Shown one piece after another: positions 47,926 through 59,400 of a DNA stretch of 64,000 bases (the first letter of the stretch is position 1; each line of letters begins with the position of its first letter). The stretch is from the NCBI GenBank assembly GCA_902780025.1, contig CACZDV010000009.1, positions 1,939-65,938 of the forward strand. The letters run 5' to 3'. The notes beneath the pieces were generated by a model, which saw only the letters and a list, made by a program, of their open reading frames with translations, made no database searches and had not been told where the DNA came from. The position numbers and the translations under genes are program-made. The DNA is from an uncultured Prevotellaceae bacterium (GTDB lineage: Bacteria; Bacteroidota; Bacteroidia; Bacteroidales; Bacteroidaceae).

Positions 47926-48444
47926 ATGCTGAAATTGAGATATTACCTCGTATGGCTGAGCCGTATCACCCACTGTCGGGGCTTCGGTATCCAGTCACCT
48001 GCTGACTACTGGCTGGTACGGTATGTCATTAATGAGCATTGGCCTTATTATCAGTATGATGCTTTGGGGCGTTATGACGACTGGCTGACTCGTAAATTAG
48101 GATACCTGTATTTCCGTCTTGCCAATTGGCGACAGCCCCAGGTGATTACCGCCGACGGCTATAGAAGCTACCTGCAGGCGGGGTGTCGCAAGGCTTCGTT
48201 TGGTGAGGCGGCAGAACTGGTACTACTGAGACTTGACAGTGAATGGCGTGGACGGCTGGATGTACTTTTCCAACGTGTAGATGAACACTCGGTGCTCATG
48301 GTGGAGGGTATTTGGAAGAACAGAAAAGCATGGGCTGATATCGTGAACGATGAACGGACGGGCATTTGCTTCAATCTCTATTATTGCGGCATCGTACTGT
48401 TTGACAGGAAGCGAACGAAACAACATTATATCATTAACTTTTGA
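47926..48444 (+). CDS. Hypothetical protein, methyltransferase-related
   Basis: GFGIQSP start and KQHYIINF end; -7 box at 47910. Confidence 0.7.
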   Translation: MLKLRYYLVWLSRITHCRGFGIQSPADYWLVRYVINEHWPYYQYDALGRYDDWLTRKLGYLYFRLANWRQPQVITADGYRSYLQAGCRKASFGEAAELVLLRLDSEWRGRLDVLFQRVDEHSVLMVEGIWKNRKAWADIVNDERTGICFNLYYCGIVLFDRKRTKQHYIINF

Positions 48445-48450
48445 CCGACT

Positions 48451-49014
48451 ATGAAAATTACAAAGGTTTATACCCGTACGGGTGACAAGGGAACGACGAG
48501 TCTTGTGGGTGGCGTAAAAATCAGCAAGAGTGACGTGAGAATAGAGGCTTACGGCACTGTTGACGAATTAAGTGCACATTTGGGATTACTTGCCGCCCTG
48601 TTACCTGAGGGTGATGACCGCCAGAATGTCATACGGGTGCAAAACAACCTATTTAATGTATGTACCCATTTAGCTACGGATCAAAGTCAGACGCCTCTTT
48701 ATCCATCGGCCCATTTGGCAGATGGCGAGACTGCATTCCTGGAGTCTGAGATTGACCGTATGATGAAACTGTTACCCGAGCGGCAGGGATTCGTATTGCC
48801 TGGCGGTACCCAAGTGGCTGCCCAAGCTCATGTGGCACGTACTGTCTGTCGTCGTGCTGAACGAAGAATAGCTGCGTTGGCAGAGGTCGCTAAAGTGGGT
48901 GTTGAGATGCAGCAATATGTGAATAGATTGAGCGATTATCTGTTTGTTTTGGCTAAAATAATAAATTTTAACAGCGGACAGGCAGAAATAATTTGGCAAA
49001 ATGCTTGCAAGTAA
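48451..49014 (+). CDS. Cob(I)alamin adenosyltransferase, PduO type
   Basis: KVYTRTGDKGTT, AYGTVDEL, RRAER, NRLSDYLF. Confidence 0.93.
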   Translation: MKITKVYTRTGDKGTTSLVGGVKISKSDVRIEAYGTVDELSAHLGLLAALLPEGDDRQNVIRVQNNLFNVCTHLATDQSQTPLYPSAHLADGETAFLESEIDRMMKLLPERQGFVLPGGTQVAAQAHVARTVCRRAERRIAALAEVAKVGVEMQQYVNRLSDYLFVLAKIINFNSGQAEIIWQNACK

Positions 49015-49089
49015 GAAAAAAATGATTACTTTTGCGGCCAAATTCAAATAGTAAGCTATAAATTGTAAAAATCGCAAATAACTAAGACT

Positions 49090-49311
49090 ATGTATTGGAC
49101 ACTTGAATTAGCATCAAAATTGGAAGACGCCCCCTGGCCTGCTACCAAGGAGGAGTTGATTGACTACGCCATCCGTTCGGGAGCTCCTTTGGAAGTTCTT
49201 GAGAACCTACAGGAGATAGAGGACGAAGGCGATGTATACGATAGTATCGAAGACATTTGGCCTGACTATCCCACGAAGGAGGACTTTTTATTCAACGAAG
49301 ACGAATACTAA
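49090..49311 (+). CDS. DUF2795 domain-containing protein
   Basis: MYWTLELAS.LEDAPWPATK.ELIDY. Confidence 0.9.
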   Translation: MYWTLELASKLEDAPWPATKEELIDYAIRSGAPLEVLENLQEIEDEGDVYDSIEDIWPDYPTKEDFLFNEDEY

Positions 49312-49340
49312 GGGATAGGGAATCGTAAATCAGTCGAATA

Positions 49341-49389
49341 ACCAGCGAGGTATGCAAAGCTTTTTGCATGTCTCGCTGGTGTCTTTTTT
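49341..49389 (+). terminator. Intrinsic terminator
   Basis: ACCAGCGAGGTATGCAAA...TTTGCATGTCTCGCTGGT then TTTTTT. Confidence 0.75.
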
Positions 49390-49520
49390 CTGTTGGCCTG
49401 CACCATGCCGAACTGTTAACGTTTGATAATTTTTCCAATTGTGCTCCCACACAATTATTTTTAATCAAAAAAACAAATGAAAAGTTTGCATGAGTTGAAA
49501 AAAAGGCTTACCTTTGCAGC

Positions 49521-49613
49521 GTTATCCTGAAAACAATCTTTTTACCTTAAAAAGACTAATACCTATTGAAGATATAGAGCGACAGCCTGTGAAGGTCATC
49601 GCTTTATTTTTTT
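49521..49613 (+). ncRNA. Candidate small RNA (~90 nt)
   Basis: Promoter TTTG(49485)-N20-TACCTTTG; 5' hairpin TCTTTTTA/TAAAAAGA; terminator hairpin plus U-tract; no ATG. Confidence 0.65.
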
Positions 49614-49640
49614 GCCTCCATTTCTGAAGGGGTATGACAA

Positions 49641-49679
49641 AAAAAGAGGCCGGGTCTATACACAACCCGGCCTCTTTTT
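49641..49679. terminator. Bidirectional terminator
   Basis: AAAAAGAGGCCGGGT...ACCCGGCCTCTTTTT. Confidence 0.88.
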
Positions 49680-49692
49680 ATTGACTTTGCTT

Positions 49693-52600
49693 TTATCGGA
49701 CAAGAACCTTGACACCGTCTACGATATAGAGTCCGGCGGGTAGCCCCTGAGTAGCCTGACGGCGGTTGACGCCGCTACGCACAAGACGGCCGGACAGATT
49801 GTAAACGTTGACACGATTTCCCTCCAACTGGTTGGTCATCTCTACGATACCCGTAGGGTCATATTGCGGATCGCTGGTCAGGAACATCTCCTTAACGGCA
49901 AGCGTCTTGTTAAGGTCGCCCGAGAAGGTCACCATACGGATACTCTTCAAGTTCAGTGCCTTGCCGACACTGGTCTTCGGAGCTGTGTATTTAGCCTCCG
50001 TTAGGTCGATGACGGTCTCTGTTCCAGTCGTGCTGAGGGGCAGAGAACTGCAAAGGCCTGTCGTCTTGTCGGTTGTGTAGAAGTTGACCTTGGCATTGGC
50101 AGACTGCTTGGCAGTTGTCCTGATGACCAGATACTTGTAATCAGATAGGTTCTTGGCGGCATCATAAACCCAACCCATCTGGCTGTCGGCGGAGGTGAAC
50201 TTAAAGGTGATGTTCGTCTGGTTCAGTCTATAGGTGCCTGTTCCGGCGATGTCACCACGGACATATTGGTTGCTGAAGGGGAAATAGCCCGACTTGGCCG
50301 TGAACTTCTTCTCCACCGCGTTGCCCAACACATCGTAGTAGGTAGCTGTCACCTCAGTGCTTCCCTGACTTATACCTAATATCTGACCATTATAGAACTC
50401 TACGATGCCCTTTTCCGCAGCAGTGAATTCTGTATTGTCATTAACGACAGCCTTGTGTTTGTCAGCATAGGTGGCGGTAACGACGGGTACGTACTTCTCG
50501 CCAATCATCACCTCAGCGATAGCACCTGAGGTCAGGGTCTGCGTGGCGGCAACGGCAAGAGCCGTTGCTCTGTACAAATTCTCTACGGGAGCCACGAAAT
50601 TAGCGGGATAGACATCTTCCTCATTGAAGTTGGCCTCGGTGCTGAACCAGTCGAAGTCGGCATAGCCGCCCTTGGCCTTCGTGGCGTAGCAGAACAGGCC
50701 GAAGCGTGAACCGACGAAGACGCTGAGGTTGAAGCTCTGCGAGGTGTCGCTGCCCAGGCGCTTCCACGTCTTGTTGTCGGTAGAGTAGTAGAACTTGGCC
50801 TTGTTCTCCTCATACTTCATGCCTGCGCGCAGGTAGATGATGCTGTCGGGCAGCTCAATGGCCAGCGTCTTCTCGGCCGCCTTGGCATTCTCGTCGCGCA
50901 CCTTGTCCTGCTCCCAGCGCAGCTGCAGCTTGCCGTCCACCATTTCGACGCAGATCATGGCGTAGGGGTCCTGCAGGATGCAGATGCCGGCGCGGTCGCC
51001 CTCGGTCAGTCCACGGGTGTCGATGCGTACGGTGCCGGTGGTCTCCTTGCCCTTGATGGCAAAGATGCGCTGTGTCAGCATGTTGCGGGCCTGCGGCAGC
51101 TTCGCCGTGACGTTGGCCGTCTTCAGCCGCAGCCAGCCCGGACGCTCGAAGAGGCTCCACGACGTGTTGTCGGGCTTGTGGTTCCACTCCCACTGCATAC
51201 CGATGGGGTAGGTGCGGAAGACGTCGGTCGTCGGCAGCCGCTTCACCCTGACGTCGCCCGTGGCAGCAGGCTTGGTCACCTTGCTGTCGAAGCTCTTGTA
51301 GGGCTTGCCGTTCAGGCCCACGGTGAGCCATCCGTCGGTGGTCCACTTCACGGGCTGCAGGTTGGGCATACGGCCCATGGCGCCGAGGTCCTCCTGCATG
51401 ACGGTCCACCACTTGCCGTTCACGTCCTCGACCAGGGCACCCTGGTGAATGGTGTTGGGCACGTTGTCGTAGGACTTCTCCACCACCATCTTCTCCTCGT
51501 AGGGGCCGAAGGGATTCTTCGAGCGGAACACGGCCTGCCCCGAGGGCCAGCCGCCGTAGGTGGCGTAGATGTAGTAGTAGTCGCCCACCTTGTAGAAGTG
51601 GCTGCCTTCGAGTCCGTCCTTATCCTTGATGACTGCCACCTCTTTCTTAAAGTTGAAGTTCTCGTCGAGCTCGCAGACGGAGATGGTGCCGATGCCCTGA
51701 GCCACATATACCTTGCCGTTGTCGAAGAGCATTCCCGGGTCGTAGTAGCTGCGCGACAGCTTCTTCATCGTCCACACGCCCTCGGGGTCGGTGGCCGTCA
51801 GCAGGTATCCGTTCAGGTTCCAGCCGTCGATGGGGCGTTTCTCGTTGATCAGGATGTGGAACTTGCCGTTGTGGTATTTCATGGAGCAGGCCCACATGCC
51901 CGATGCGTAGGCGTTCTTGTTGTTCAGCAGGGTGTAGCCCGCGTCGCTGCCTAACTGCTGCAGCGGGTGGGCACAGTATTCCCAGTTCACCAGGTCCTGC
52001 GACTTCAGGATGGTGGCGCCGGGGAAGTGGTGCATCGTCGTCGAAACCATATAATAGGTATTACCCACGCGGATGACGTCGGGGTCGGGGAAGTCAGCCC
52101 GCACGATGGGGTTCTGGTACGTCTTGCCGAAGTCGCTGACGGGCACGCTGGTGAAGTCGGCCTTCGGGTAGTTCTGGTTGTAGTATTCGGCATACCAGTC
52201 CATGCAGGCCTTGCCGCAGGCCTCCTCCAGACCGCCAAACGACGGAACCACCTTGTTCTTCTTAATCAGCGTGTCCACGTCGAGCAGGCAGTGCGTGCCC
52301 GACAGCGTCATCGAGATGTTGCCGTAGTGGTCGTGAACGCCCTTGGTGATGGCTCCCCAGACCGACGTGCGGCCCGTAGCCCAGGTGCCGTAGTTCGACT
52401 CCACCCACTCGCCGTGCTCGTTGTAATGGCCGGAGCCGGGTTTCTTCGGACTCCAGTCAATCTCGGTGATGATGATAGGATTGGTATCCACCACGGGCAC
52501 CTGATTATGGAACTGGGTAATCTTCGCCTTCGTCCTTGCAGCCACGTCCTTCGGCTGCCAGTCCTTGTCCGCGCAGCCATACCAGCCGTCGTAGTCGTGG

Positions 52601-53412
52601 ACGGCGTAGCCGATGTTGTAGCCCGTGATGGGGTAGGTCTTGTAGTCGGCATAGCTCGACTGCCAACCCGTGCCGGGAATCCAGATGATGCCCGTGAAGC
52701 CGTTGCTGCGAATCTTGTCGTAGACGGGCTGGAAGTAGTCGTGCATGGCCTTCGCGTCGCTGGCGTTCTGCGAGTTCTTGATGTTCACCGGCTCGTTGGC
52801 CAGCTCCAGGCTGATTTGCCCGGCATACTTGCGCACCGAGTCGTTCTGGCTTACCAGGTCCCACACCTGTATGAGGTACTTCTGGTAGTAGTCGCCCACC
52901 ATCAGGTCGCCGGGGCACACCCCGGGAGGGCGCACCACCACGTACATGCCGTGCTTGATGGCGTCGAGCATCAGGGGCACGTAGAGCGACTTCAGGAACG
53001 TGGTCAGCTTCGTCGGGTTGAAGTGGCGGATGTCGGCCTCGCCGGTCCACTTCGTGTCCTGGTTCACGGCCGTCTGATAGGTGTAGCTGTTGTCGCCACT
53101 CGTCCAGGCCGGGTCCAGGTGCAGGCGAAACACGTTGCACTTGGCCTGCTCCAGTCCCGTGAACAGTTTCGTGAAGTATTTCTTACAGTTGGTGGCTCCC
53201 GTCTCGTTGTACCCGCCTGTCCAGCGGTTGTTGTTGAACCACATACTCGGTGTGTCCATCACACCATGCAGCACGACGTGGTTGCCGTGCGTGTCTACCA
53301 GCCACTTTCCCTCCACATGGAGCGAGGGCAGCGGCTTCGTGCCCTGTGCCCACATTCCAAGTGCAGCACAGGTGACAAAAACGATTGTTAGTAAAGTTCT
53401 TTTCATATTCAT
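49693..53412 (-). CDS. Multidomain glycoside hydrolase (GH5-like plus GH43) with T9SS-type C-terminus
   Basis: LHVEGKWLVD, FRLH, ELANEP, IITE (GH5); NPIVRADFPDPDVIRV, LEGSH, HQG (GH43); YNLSGR...GLYIVDG.KV. Confidence 0.88.
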   Translation of the reverse strand: MNMKRTLLTIVFVTCAALGMWAQGTKPLPSLHVEGKWLVDTHGNHVVLHGVMDTPSMWFNNNRWTGGYNETGATNCKKYFTKLFTGLEQAKCNVFRLHLDPAWTSGDNSYTYQTAVNQDTKWTGEADIRHFNPTKLTTFLKSLYVPLMLDAIKHGMYVVVRPPGVCPGDLMVGDYYQKYLIQVWDLVSQNDSVRKYAGQISLELANEPVNIKNSQNASDAKAMHDYFQPVYDKIRSNGFTGIIWIPGTGWQSSYADYKTYPITGYNIGYAVHDYDGWYGCADKDWQPKDVAARTKAKITQFHNQVPVVDTNPIIITEIDWSPKKPGSGHYNEHGEWVESNYGTWATGRTSVWGAITKGVHDHYGNISMTLSGTHCLLDVDTLIKKNKVVPSFGGLEEACGKACMDWYAEYYNQNYPKADFTSVPVSDFGKTYQNPIVRADFPDPDVIRVGNTYYMVSTTMHHFPGATILKSQDLVNWEYCAHPLQQLGSDAGYTLLNNKNAYASGMWACSMKYHNGKFHILINEKRPIDGWNLNGYLLTATDPEGVWTMKKLSRSYYDPGMLFDNGKVYVAQGIGTISVCELDENFNFKKEVAVIKDKDGLEGSHFYKVGDYYYIYATYGGWPSGQAVFRSKNPFGPYEEKMVVEKSYDNVPNTIHQGALVEDVNGKWWTVMQEDLGAMGRMPNLQPVKWTTDGWLTVGLNGKPYKSFDSKVTKPAATGDVRVKRLPTTDVFRTYPIGMQWEWNHKPDNTSWSLFERPGWLRLKTANVTAKLPQARNMLTQRIFAIKGKETTGTVRIDTRGLTEGDRAGICILQDPYAMICVEMVDGKLQLRWEQDKVRDENAKAAEKTLAIELPDSIIYLRAGMKYEENKAKFYYSTDNKTWKRLGSDTSQSFNLSVFVGSRFGLFCYATKAKGGYADFDWFSTEANFNEEDVYPANFVAPVENLYRATALAVAATQTLTSGAIAEVMIGEKYVPVVTATYADKHKAVVNDNTEFTAAEKGIVEFYNGQILGISQGSTEVTATYYDVLGNAVEKKFTAKSGYFPFSNQYVRGDIAGTGTYRLNQTNITFKFTSADSQMGWVYDAAKNLSDYKYLVIRTTAKQSANAKVNFYTTDKTTGLCSSLPLSTTGTETVIDLTEAKYTAPKTSVGKALNLKSIRMVTFSGDLNKTLAVKEMFLTSDPQYDPTGIVEMTNQLEGNRVNVYNLSGRLVRSGVNRRQATQGLPAGLYIVDGVKVLVR

Positions 53413-53544
53413 AGCGATTATTCTGCTGCAAAGGTACGAAAAAAAACAGAATAAAGTTTGCCCAAATAACATTTTTTTAATAACTTTGCAGCAAAAACCG
53501 CATTATGATCGGATATTAACGAGAAAACTAAATACCTAATTTGT

Positions 53545-56415
53545 ATGAACAACCGCTTTATTGGAATGGCCAGAAAAGCCCTATTAGGCTTTGGTATGAC
53601 CATGATTTGTGGTGGATTTGTGGCTTGTACAGATGACTACGACTTGGATGATCCGGACAATTATCCGTCCTGGTTGGGTGGTAGCATCTACGACGCTATG
53701 AAATCCCCGGAGAATTTACAGAATGCCAATGGCAATGTGCTGACGGGAACGTTCAGCAACTACCTGAGGCTCATTGATGACTTAGGCTATGCCGAGACGT
53801 TGTCGAAGACTGGTTCGAAGACGGTATTCCCCGCCAACGATGAAGCCTTCCAACGCTTCTATGCCAATAACCCTTGGGGAGTCAGAAAGTATGAAGACCT
53901 GACGGAGGCCATGAAGAAACAGTTGCTCTATGCCTCCATGCTTGACAATGCTCTGTTAGTGGAGATGCTCTCGAACATCTCAGACGGTGCTACCGCCGTG
54001 ATGCCGGGACAAGCCATGAAGCATACGACAGGTGCTAACGTCATCGACACGATCACCAGACTGAAGGACAGAACCATGATGCCTGTGAACAACAGCTATT
54101 GGGAGAAGTTCTATGACAAGGGTATCTATCTGGTGATGGATGCTACCCGCCCGATGATGGTTCATTTCACCGAGGAGCAGATGACCTCTAACAACATTTC
54201 GACTCGTGGCGCAAACAGTGACTTCGAGGTGGTCACCGGCACTCCGTACAGTACTGACGAGAAGTCGGCATACATCTACCGCAATAAGATTATTAGTGCT
54301 GACGTGACTTGTAAGAATGGTTATATCCACCAGATGCAAGATGTTCTGGTACCGCCGGGGAATCTGGCAGAGCTTATCAGGACCAATGGTGAGAGCTATC
54401 TCTTCAGTCGTATGCTTGACCGCTTCTCGGCACCTTATTATGATGCATCGACAACCAAGATATATAACGACTACGCTCAGGCCAACAAACTGCCGCTGAT
54501 AGATTCCATCTACCAGAAACGCTATATGAGCCAGCGGTCACAAGGCGGTACGCTGACACGCGACCCGAATAATCAGGTGGTTCAGTACGTACTTCCGTAC
54601 GATCCGGGATGGAATAATTATAATAATGGTACGAACGAGAATCCCAATAAGGATATTGCTGCTATGTTTGTGCCTACGGATCAGGCGTTGAAGGAGTACT
54701 TCCTGCCCGGTGGCGGTGGTGAGTTCCTGATTAATGCCTTCGGCAAGAAGCCCAATACAGAGGAGAACCTGGCCGAGAATATCGACTCTATCCCCCTGCA
54801 GAACGTGCAGCAGCTCATTGGTAACCTGATGAAAAGCTCGTTTGTTGGAACAGTTCCCAGCAAGTTTAATCGCGTGATGGATGAGGCCAACGACCCGATG
54901 GGACTTTCGCTCGATGTCCTGAACAAGAATGCTGATGGCACCTATGACGTAAAGATTGCCAACAATGGTGTGGCCTATATGCTGAACAAGATGTTTGCAC
55001 CGCCCTCACTGATTGCCGTTTCGGCACCGGTGACGCTGAGCAGCAATATGCGTATTATGAACGAGGCCGTGAACGACGGTAAGAGCCGTACATCGCTGGC
55101 CTTGAACCTGAACTACTACGCTTATCTGTTGGCTATGAGTGCCAACTATGCGTTCTTTATCCCCACTGATGACGCCTTCGGCCGTTTCTATGTAGATCCC
55201 GCTTATCTGAACACCGACCAGCCCAGGGCTCTGAAGTTCTATTATCAGGATAAGTCGCCCTATGTCTACTGCTCGGCATGGAAGTATGATAAGGAAACGG
55301 GTACAGTCGGGACAATGCCCGATGATTCGCTTGGCAGAGTGACGCCCGACAACTTCCGCTCACAGTTTGTTGACATTCTGAACTATCACACTATCGTGTT
55401 GAGAGACGGTGAAACCTTAGGTGGCAACAAGTACTATAAGACCAAACATGGTGCCACCATCGTCTTCGAAAATGATATCGTGCAAAGTGGAGGACAGATG
55501 GAAGGAAAAGCGCCCGTTTCACAGATTACGCAGGTCTACAATCAGGCAAACGGTGTGGCTTATGCCATCGACCATGTCATTCAAGGCCCGCAGCGATCAG
55601 TTCTTGATGTGCTGCAGAATGACCCACGTTTCTCCGAATTCTTGGACCTGTGTACCGATTTTGATATGGACAGTGTGATGGAGTTTGCCAGCGATAAGTT
55701 AGTGGAGCAAAATCCCGTGACCAAAAAGAAGCGCATGGAGGCCTATCACACCTTCGCAGCCAAAGGCGGTTTGACTGATAATGTAAACTACTTTAACTCC
55801 TATAATTATACGGTGTATGCCCCCGATAACGAAGCGATGCAGAAAGCCTACAGTCTGGGACTGCCCAAATGGAGCGACATCAAAGTGCTTTACGACCAGT
55901 ATAATGAACGTCTTGACCATGAGAAGGCAAGTGGAAGCATAAGTGAAGAGGTTCAGGCAGCCCGCAACAAAGCACTGGCTATGGTGGAGGAGATCAACGC
56001 CTTTATACGTTACCACTTCCAGGACAACTCTTTGTATGCTGACAACACGGTTGAGGGAGGTATCTACCCCACCGCATGTTCAGACTCTCTTGGTATTCGC
56101 GAAAAATTGACTGTTTCAGGTGGGGCGGGCAAACTGATAGTCCAAGATAAGCGTGGACAACAGATTACGATTGAAAGCAACACATCGAAGCTCTCCAATG
56201 AGATGGCCCGCGATTTCGTGATTGACAGTAAGAAACACGCCATCTCGACGTCGTCATTTGCTGTTGTTCATCAGATCAGCACACCGTTGAACATGCATAA
56301 GGATACCGACCGCTTCGATGCTGCATGGACAGGAAACAATGCTGCGGCAAGGCTCAAGGCTTACCGCAAGCAGTTTGACACCTATTTATATAAGAGATAT
56401 GACCAGCAGAATTAG
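53545..56415 (+). CDS. Fasciclin-domain lipoprotein of a PUL
   Basis: Lipobox VAC-TDD; TVFPANDEAF, NGYIH, TVYAPDNEAM. Confidence 0.8.
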   Translation: MNNRFIGMARKALLGFGMTMICGGFVACTDDYDLDDPDNYPSWLGGSIYDAMKSPENLQNANGNVLTGTFSNYLRLIDDLGYAETLSKTGSKTVFPANDEAFQRFYANNPWGVRKYEDLTEAMKKQLLYASMLDNALLVEMLSNISDGATAVMPGQAMKHTTGANVIDTITRLKDRTMMPVNNSYWEKFYDKGIYLVMDATRPMMVHFTEEQMTSNNISTRGANSDFEVVTGTPYSTDEKSAYIYRNKIISADVTCKNGYIHQMQDVLVPPGNLAELIRTNGESYLFSRMLDRFSAPYYDASTTKIYNDYAQANKLPLIDSIYQKRYMSQRSQGGTLTRDPNNQVVQYVLPYDPGWNNYNNGTNENPNKDIAAMFVPTDQALKEYFLPGGGGEFLINAFGKKPNTEENLAENIDSIPLQNVQQLIGNLMKSSFVGTVPSKFNRVMDEANDPMGLSLDVLNKNADGTYDVKIANNGVAYMLNKMFAPPSLIAVSAPVTLSSNMRIMNEAVNDGKSRTSLALNLNYYAYLLAMSANYAFFIPTDDAFGRFYVDPAYLNTDQPRALKFYYQDKSPYVYCSAWKYDKETGTVGTMPDDSLGRVTPDNFRSQFVDILNYHTIVLRDGETLGGNKYYKTKHGATIVFENDIVQSGGQMEGKAPVSQITQVYNQANGVAYAIDHVIQGPQRSVLDVLQNDPRFSEFLDLCTDFDMDSVMEFASDKLVEQNPVTKKKRMEAYHTFAAKGGLTDNVNYFNSYNYTVYAPDNEAMQKAYSLGLPKWSDIKVLYDQYNERLDHEKASGSISEEVQAARNKALAMVEEINAFIRYHFQDNSLYADNTVEGGIYPTACSDSLGIREKLTVSGGAGKLIVQDKRGQQITIESNTSKLSNEMARDFVIDSKKHAISTSSFAVVHQISTPLNMHKDTDRFDAAWTGNNAAARLKAYRKQFDTYLYKRYDQQN

Positions 56416-56429
56416 GAACCATCAGGAAT

Positions 56430-59400
56430 ATGAAGAATATGAATAGCATAAAATATATCATCTGTATCATCTGCGCCATCTGCGGAATGTCCACGACAGT
56501 TGTGGCACAGGAGGCTCGTATCTCAGGTACTGTCAACGACTCCTTCGGTCCCGTGATGATGTGTAATGTGGTGGAGATTGACGGCAATAACCGAAACATC
56601 TCCTTCACGCAGACTGACTTGAACGGTAATTTCTCTATGACCGTCAAGAACGTGAAGAATAAACTGAGGATTTCGTATGTAGGTTACCAGACGGTTACCT
56701 TACCCATTGGCACTCGTACCCGCTTTGACATCAAGTTGCAGGATGCCACACAGATTAAGGAAGTAACGGTGGTGGCCAAACGCAAATTTAATCAGGGTGG
56801 TCTGGCTATCCCTGAAAGAGAGGTTTCAGTGGCTGCCCAGACTTTCTCTATGAAAGAGGTGGAGGGTCTTGCCTTTACATCGGCTGATGAAGCACTGCAG
56901 GGTCAGATCGCCGGTCTTGACATTGTGGCTAACTCAGGTAACCTTGGTTCTGGAACGACGATGCGTCTGCGTGGTGTGACCAGCATTAACGGTTCGGCAG
57001 AGCCGCTGATTGTGGTGGACGGAAACATCTTTGATAACCCAGACGCCAACTTTGACTTCCAGAACGCTAACGAAGAGACATACGCCTCGCTGCTTTCGGT
57101 GAACCCGTCGGACATTGAAGATATTCAGGTGTTAAAGGATGCTGCTGCAACAGCTATCTGGGGTTCGCGCGGTGCCAACGGTGTGATTCAGATTCGTACG
57201 AAGCGTGGTGCCCGTGGAGCCACTCGTGTGGACTATTCACTGCGTGTCCAGGCCAGCTGGCAGCCGAAGGGATACAATCTGTTGAACGGTGACGACTACA
57301 CCATGATGCTGAAGGAGATGTACTATAATCCGGCACAGAGTGCTACGGCAACGACTAACATCAACGAGATTAATTATAACCGTTCATGGGCTGAGTTCGA
57401 GAACTGGAACAATAATACTGACTGGGTAGACGAAATTCAGCAGATGGCCTGGAGCCAGTATCACTACCTGACGATCTCTGGTGGTGGCGAGAAGGCCAAC
57501 TTCCGCGTCTCGGCAGGCTACGACCATCAGAATGGTACTATTATTAAGCAGAAACTGGATCGTTTCACGACGAAATTGGCTTTGGACTATTTCGTTTCCG
57601 ACCGTATCACCTTCCGCACAACGTTCCCTCTGACCTATACGTCAAATCACCGCAATTACGATGACAACATTCTGGGACGTGCCCAGAAACTGTCACCTAA
57701 TATGTCGGTTTTCCGTCAGGACATGCAGGGACTTGACACCGATGAGTTCTATATCATGCTGCCATCCCCCACTGAGGCACAGCGCAGCGCAGCGGGATTT
57801 TCCAATGCTAACGAGGCTGGTTCCTACATTGCTGGAACTTCAGCGTCACAACTTGGTGCCATCCGTGACTTGGGTAACCCAGTGGCTATCGCAAACTTGG
57901 CGTGGAGAGATGAGAAGACCTATCGTATCTCACCAGAGTTCCGACTGGACTACTACTTGCTGAGTAAAGATGACTCTTCGACTCAGCTGAACTATAGCGG
58001 ACTGGTCTATATGGATATCTTCTCAAAGAGTGAGCCCAAGTATTGGCCTGGTTCCCTGTCGACTCGTGGATGGAACGACAGCAACTATAACCGTAGTCAA
58101 GTTTATGACTACAACTCTTTGGCATTCACCACACGTCACACCATGACGTTTACGCCGCATTTCAATAATGAAGACCTGATGAGCACTATGCTGTTCCGCT
58201 GGGAGATGACGTCGGGTAATGACAACAGCCAGACTGTGGTGAACCGCAATGCGCCGAATGGCACGACATCACCTACGGTTGACACCGCCATTGAAAGCAT
58301 GAGTACAGGTAATGGCCAGTGGCGCTCTATGTCAGGAACCTATAGCGGTCACTTCTCTTACAAGTCACGCTATGCCTTTGACCTCTCACTGCGTGCCGAC
58401 GGTACAACTAAGTTCGGTGATTCTAAGAAGTGGGGTTGGTTCCCTGGCGTATCTGCCCGATGGAACATTAGTGACGAACCATTCATGAAATGGTCGAAGA
58501 AGTGGCTCTCCATGCTTTCCTTCCGCCCCTCATGGGGTATCGTCGGACGTCAGCCTGACGGTCAGTATCTGCAGTATGCCAAATACAACACTTCAGGTGT
58601 CTATGGTAGCATCTCTGACAAGCACAGCGTCACCTATCTGGAAGGTCTGCAGCTGAACGAACTGAAATGGGAGCGCACGACACAGTATAACTTAGGTGGT
58701 GACTTTGGATTCTTTGATGATCGCATCACCGGTGATTTCAACTATTACTTCAAGCGTACTAAGGACTTGTTGATGGGAGGCGTACGCATCCCGTCGTCCA
58801 CAGGTTTCTCCTCGTTGGCATGGGCTAATGTCGGCGAGATGACCAACCGTGGTTGGGAGTTGAATATGTCTGCCAACAAGATCATCACCATCGGAAAGTT
58901 CTCGTTAAGTGCTAACTTCAATATCTCGCAAAACTTCAACGAGATTGTCGATATGGACGAAAGTGTGTTGGAGAGCATCAATGCCGAATGGGACTCCAGC
59001 AAGCGCGGTCAGTACCTGAACCGTATTCAGAAGGGTAACCCGTTAGGTTCTATTTATGGACTGCGTTACAAGGGAGTCTACCAGTACACCTATGAGTACT
59101 TGACCAACTTGAAGCAGAGCAATGGATGGACTGGCGAGCAATTGGAGGAATATATCAACAACGAGTTCCTGGCAAAGGGCAAAACCGCTCCTATTGCCAT
59201 CAGCAGTGAAGGAACAGTAATGATGAACGCCAAGGGTGAGCCTATCCGTCAGGTCTATAACTTTGACTCAGGCACAGCTACTTATGAATTCCAAGGTGGT
59301 GACGCCATCTATGAGGACGTGAATAATGACGGACAGATTAATTCGCTTGATATAGTCTACTTAGGCAACTCGAATCCCCATCTCAATGGTGGTTTCGGCT

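Noticed and set aside
51967-53391. 474-aa plus-strand ORF
   Set aside because: Antisense shadow of the GC3-rich glycoside hydrolase; no motifs
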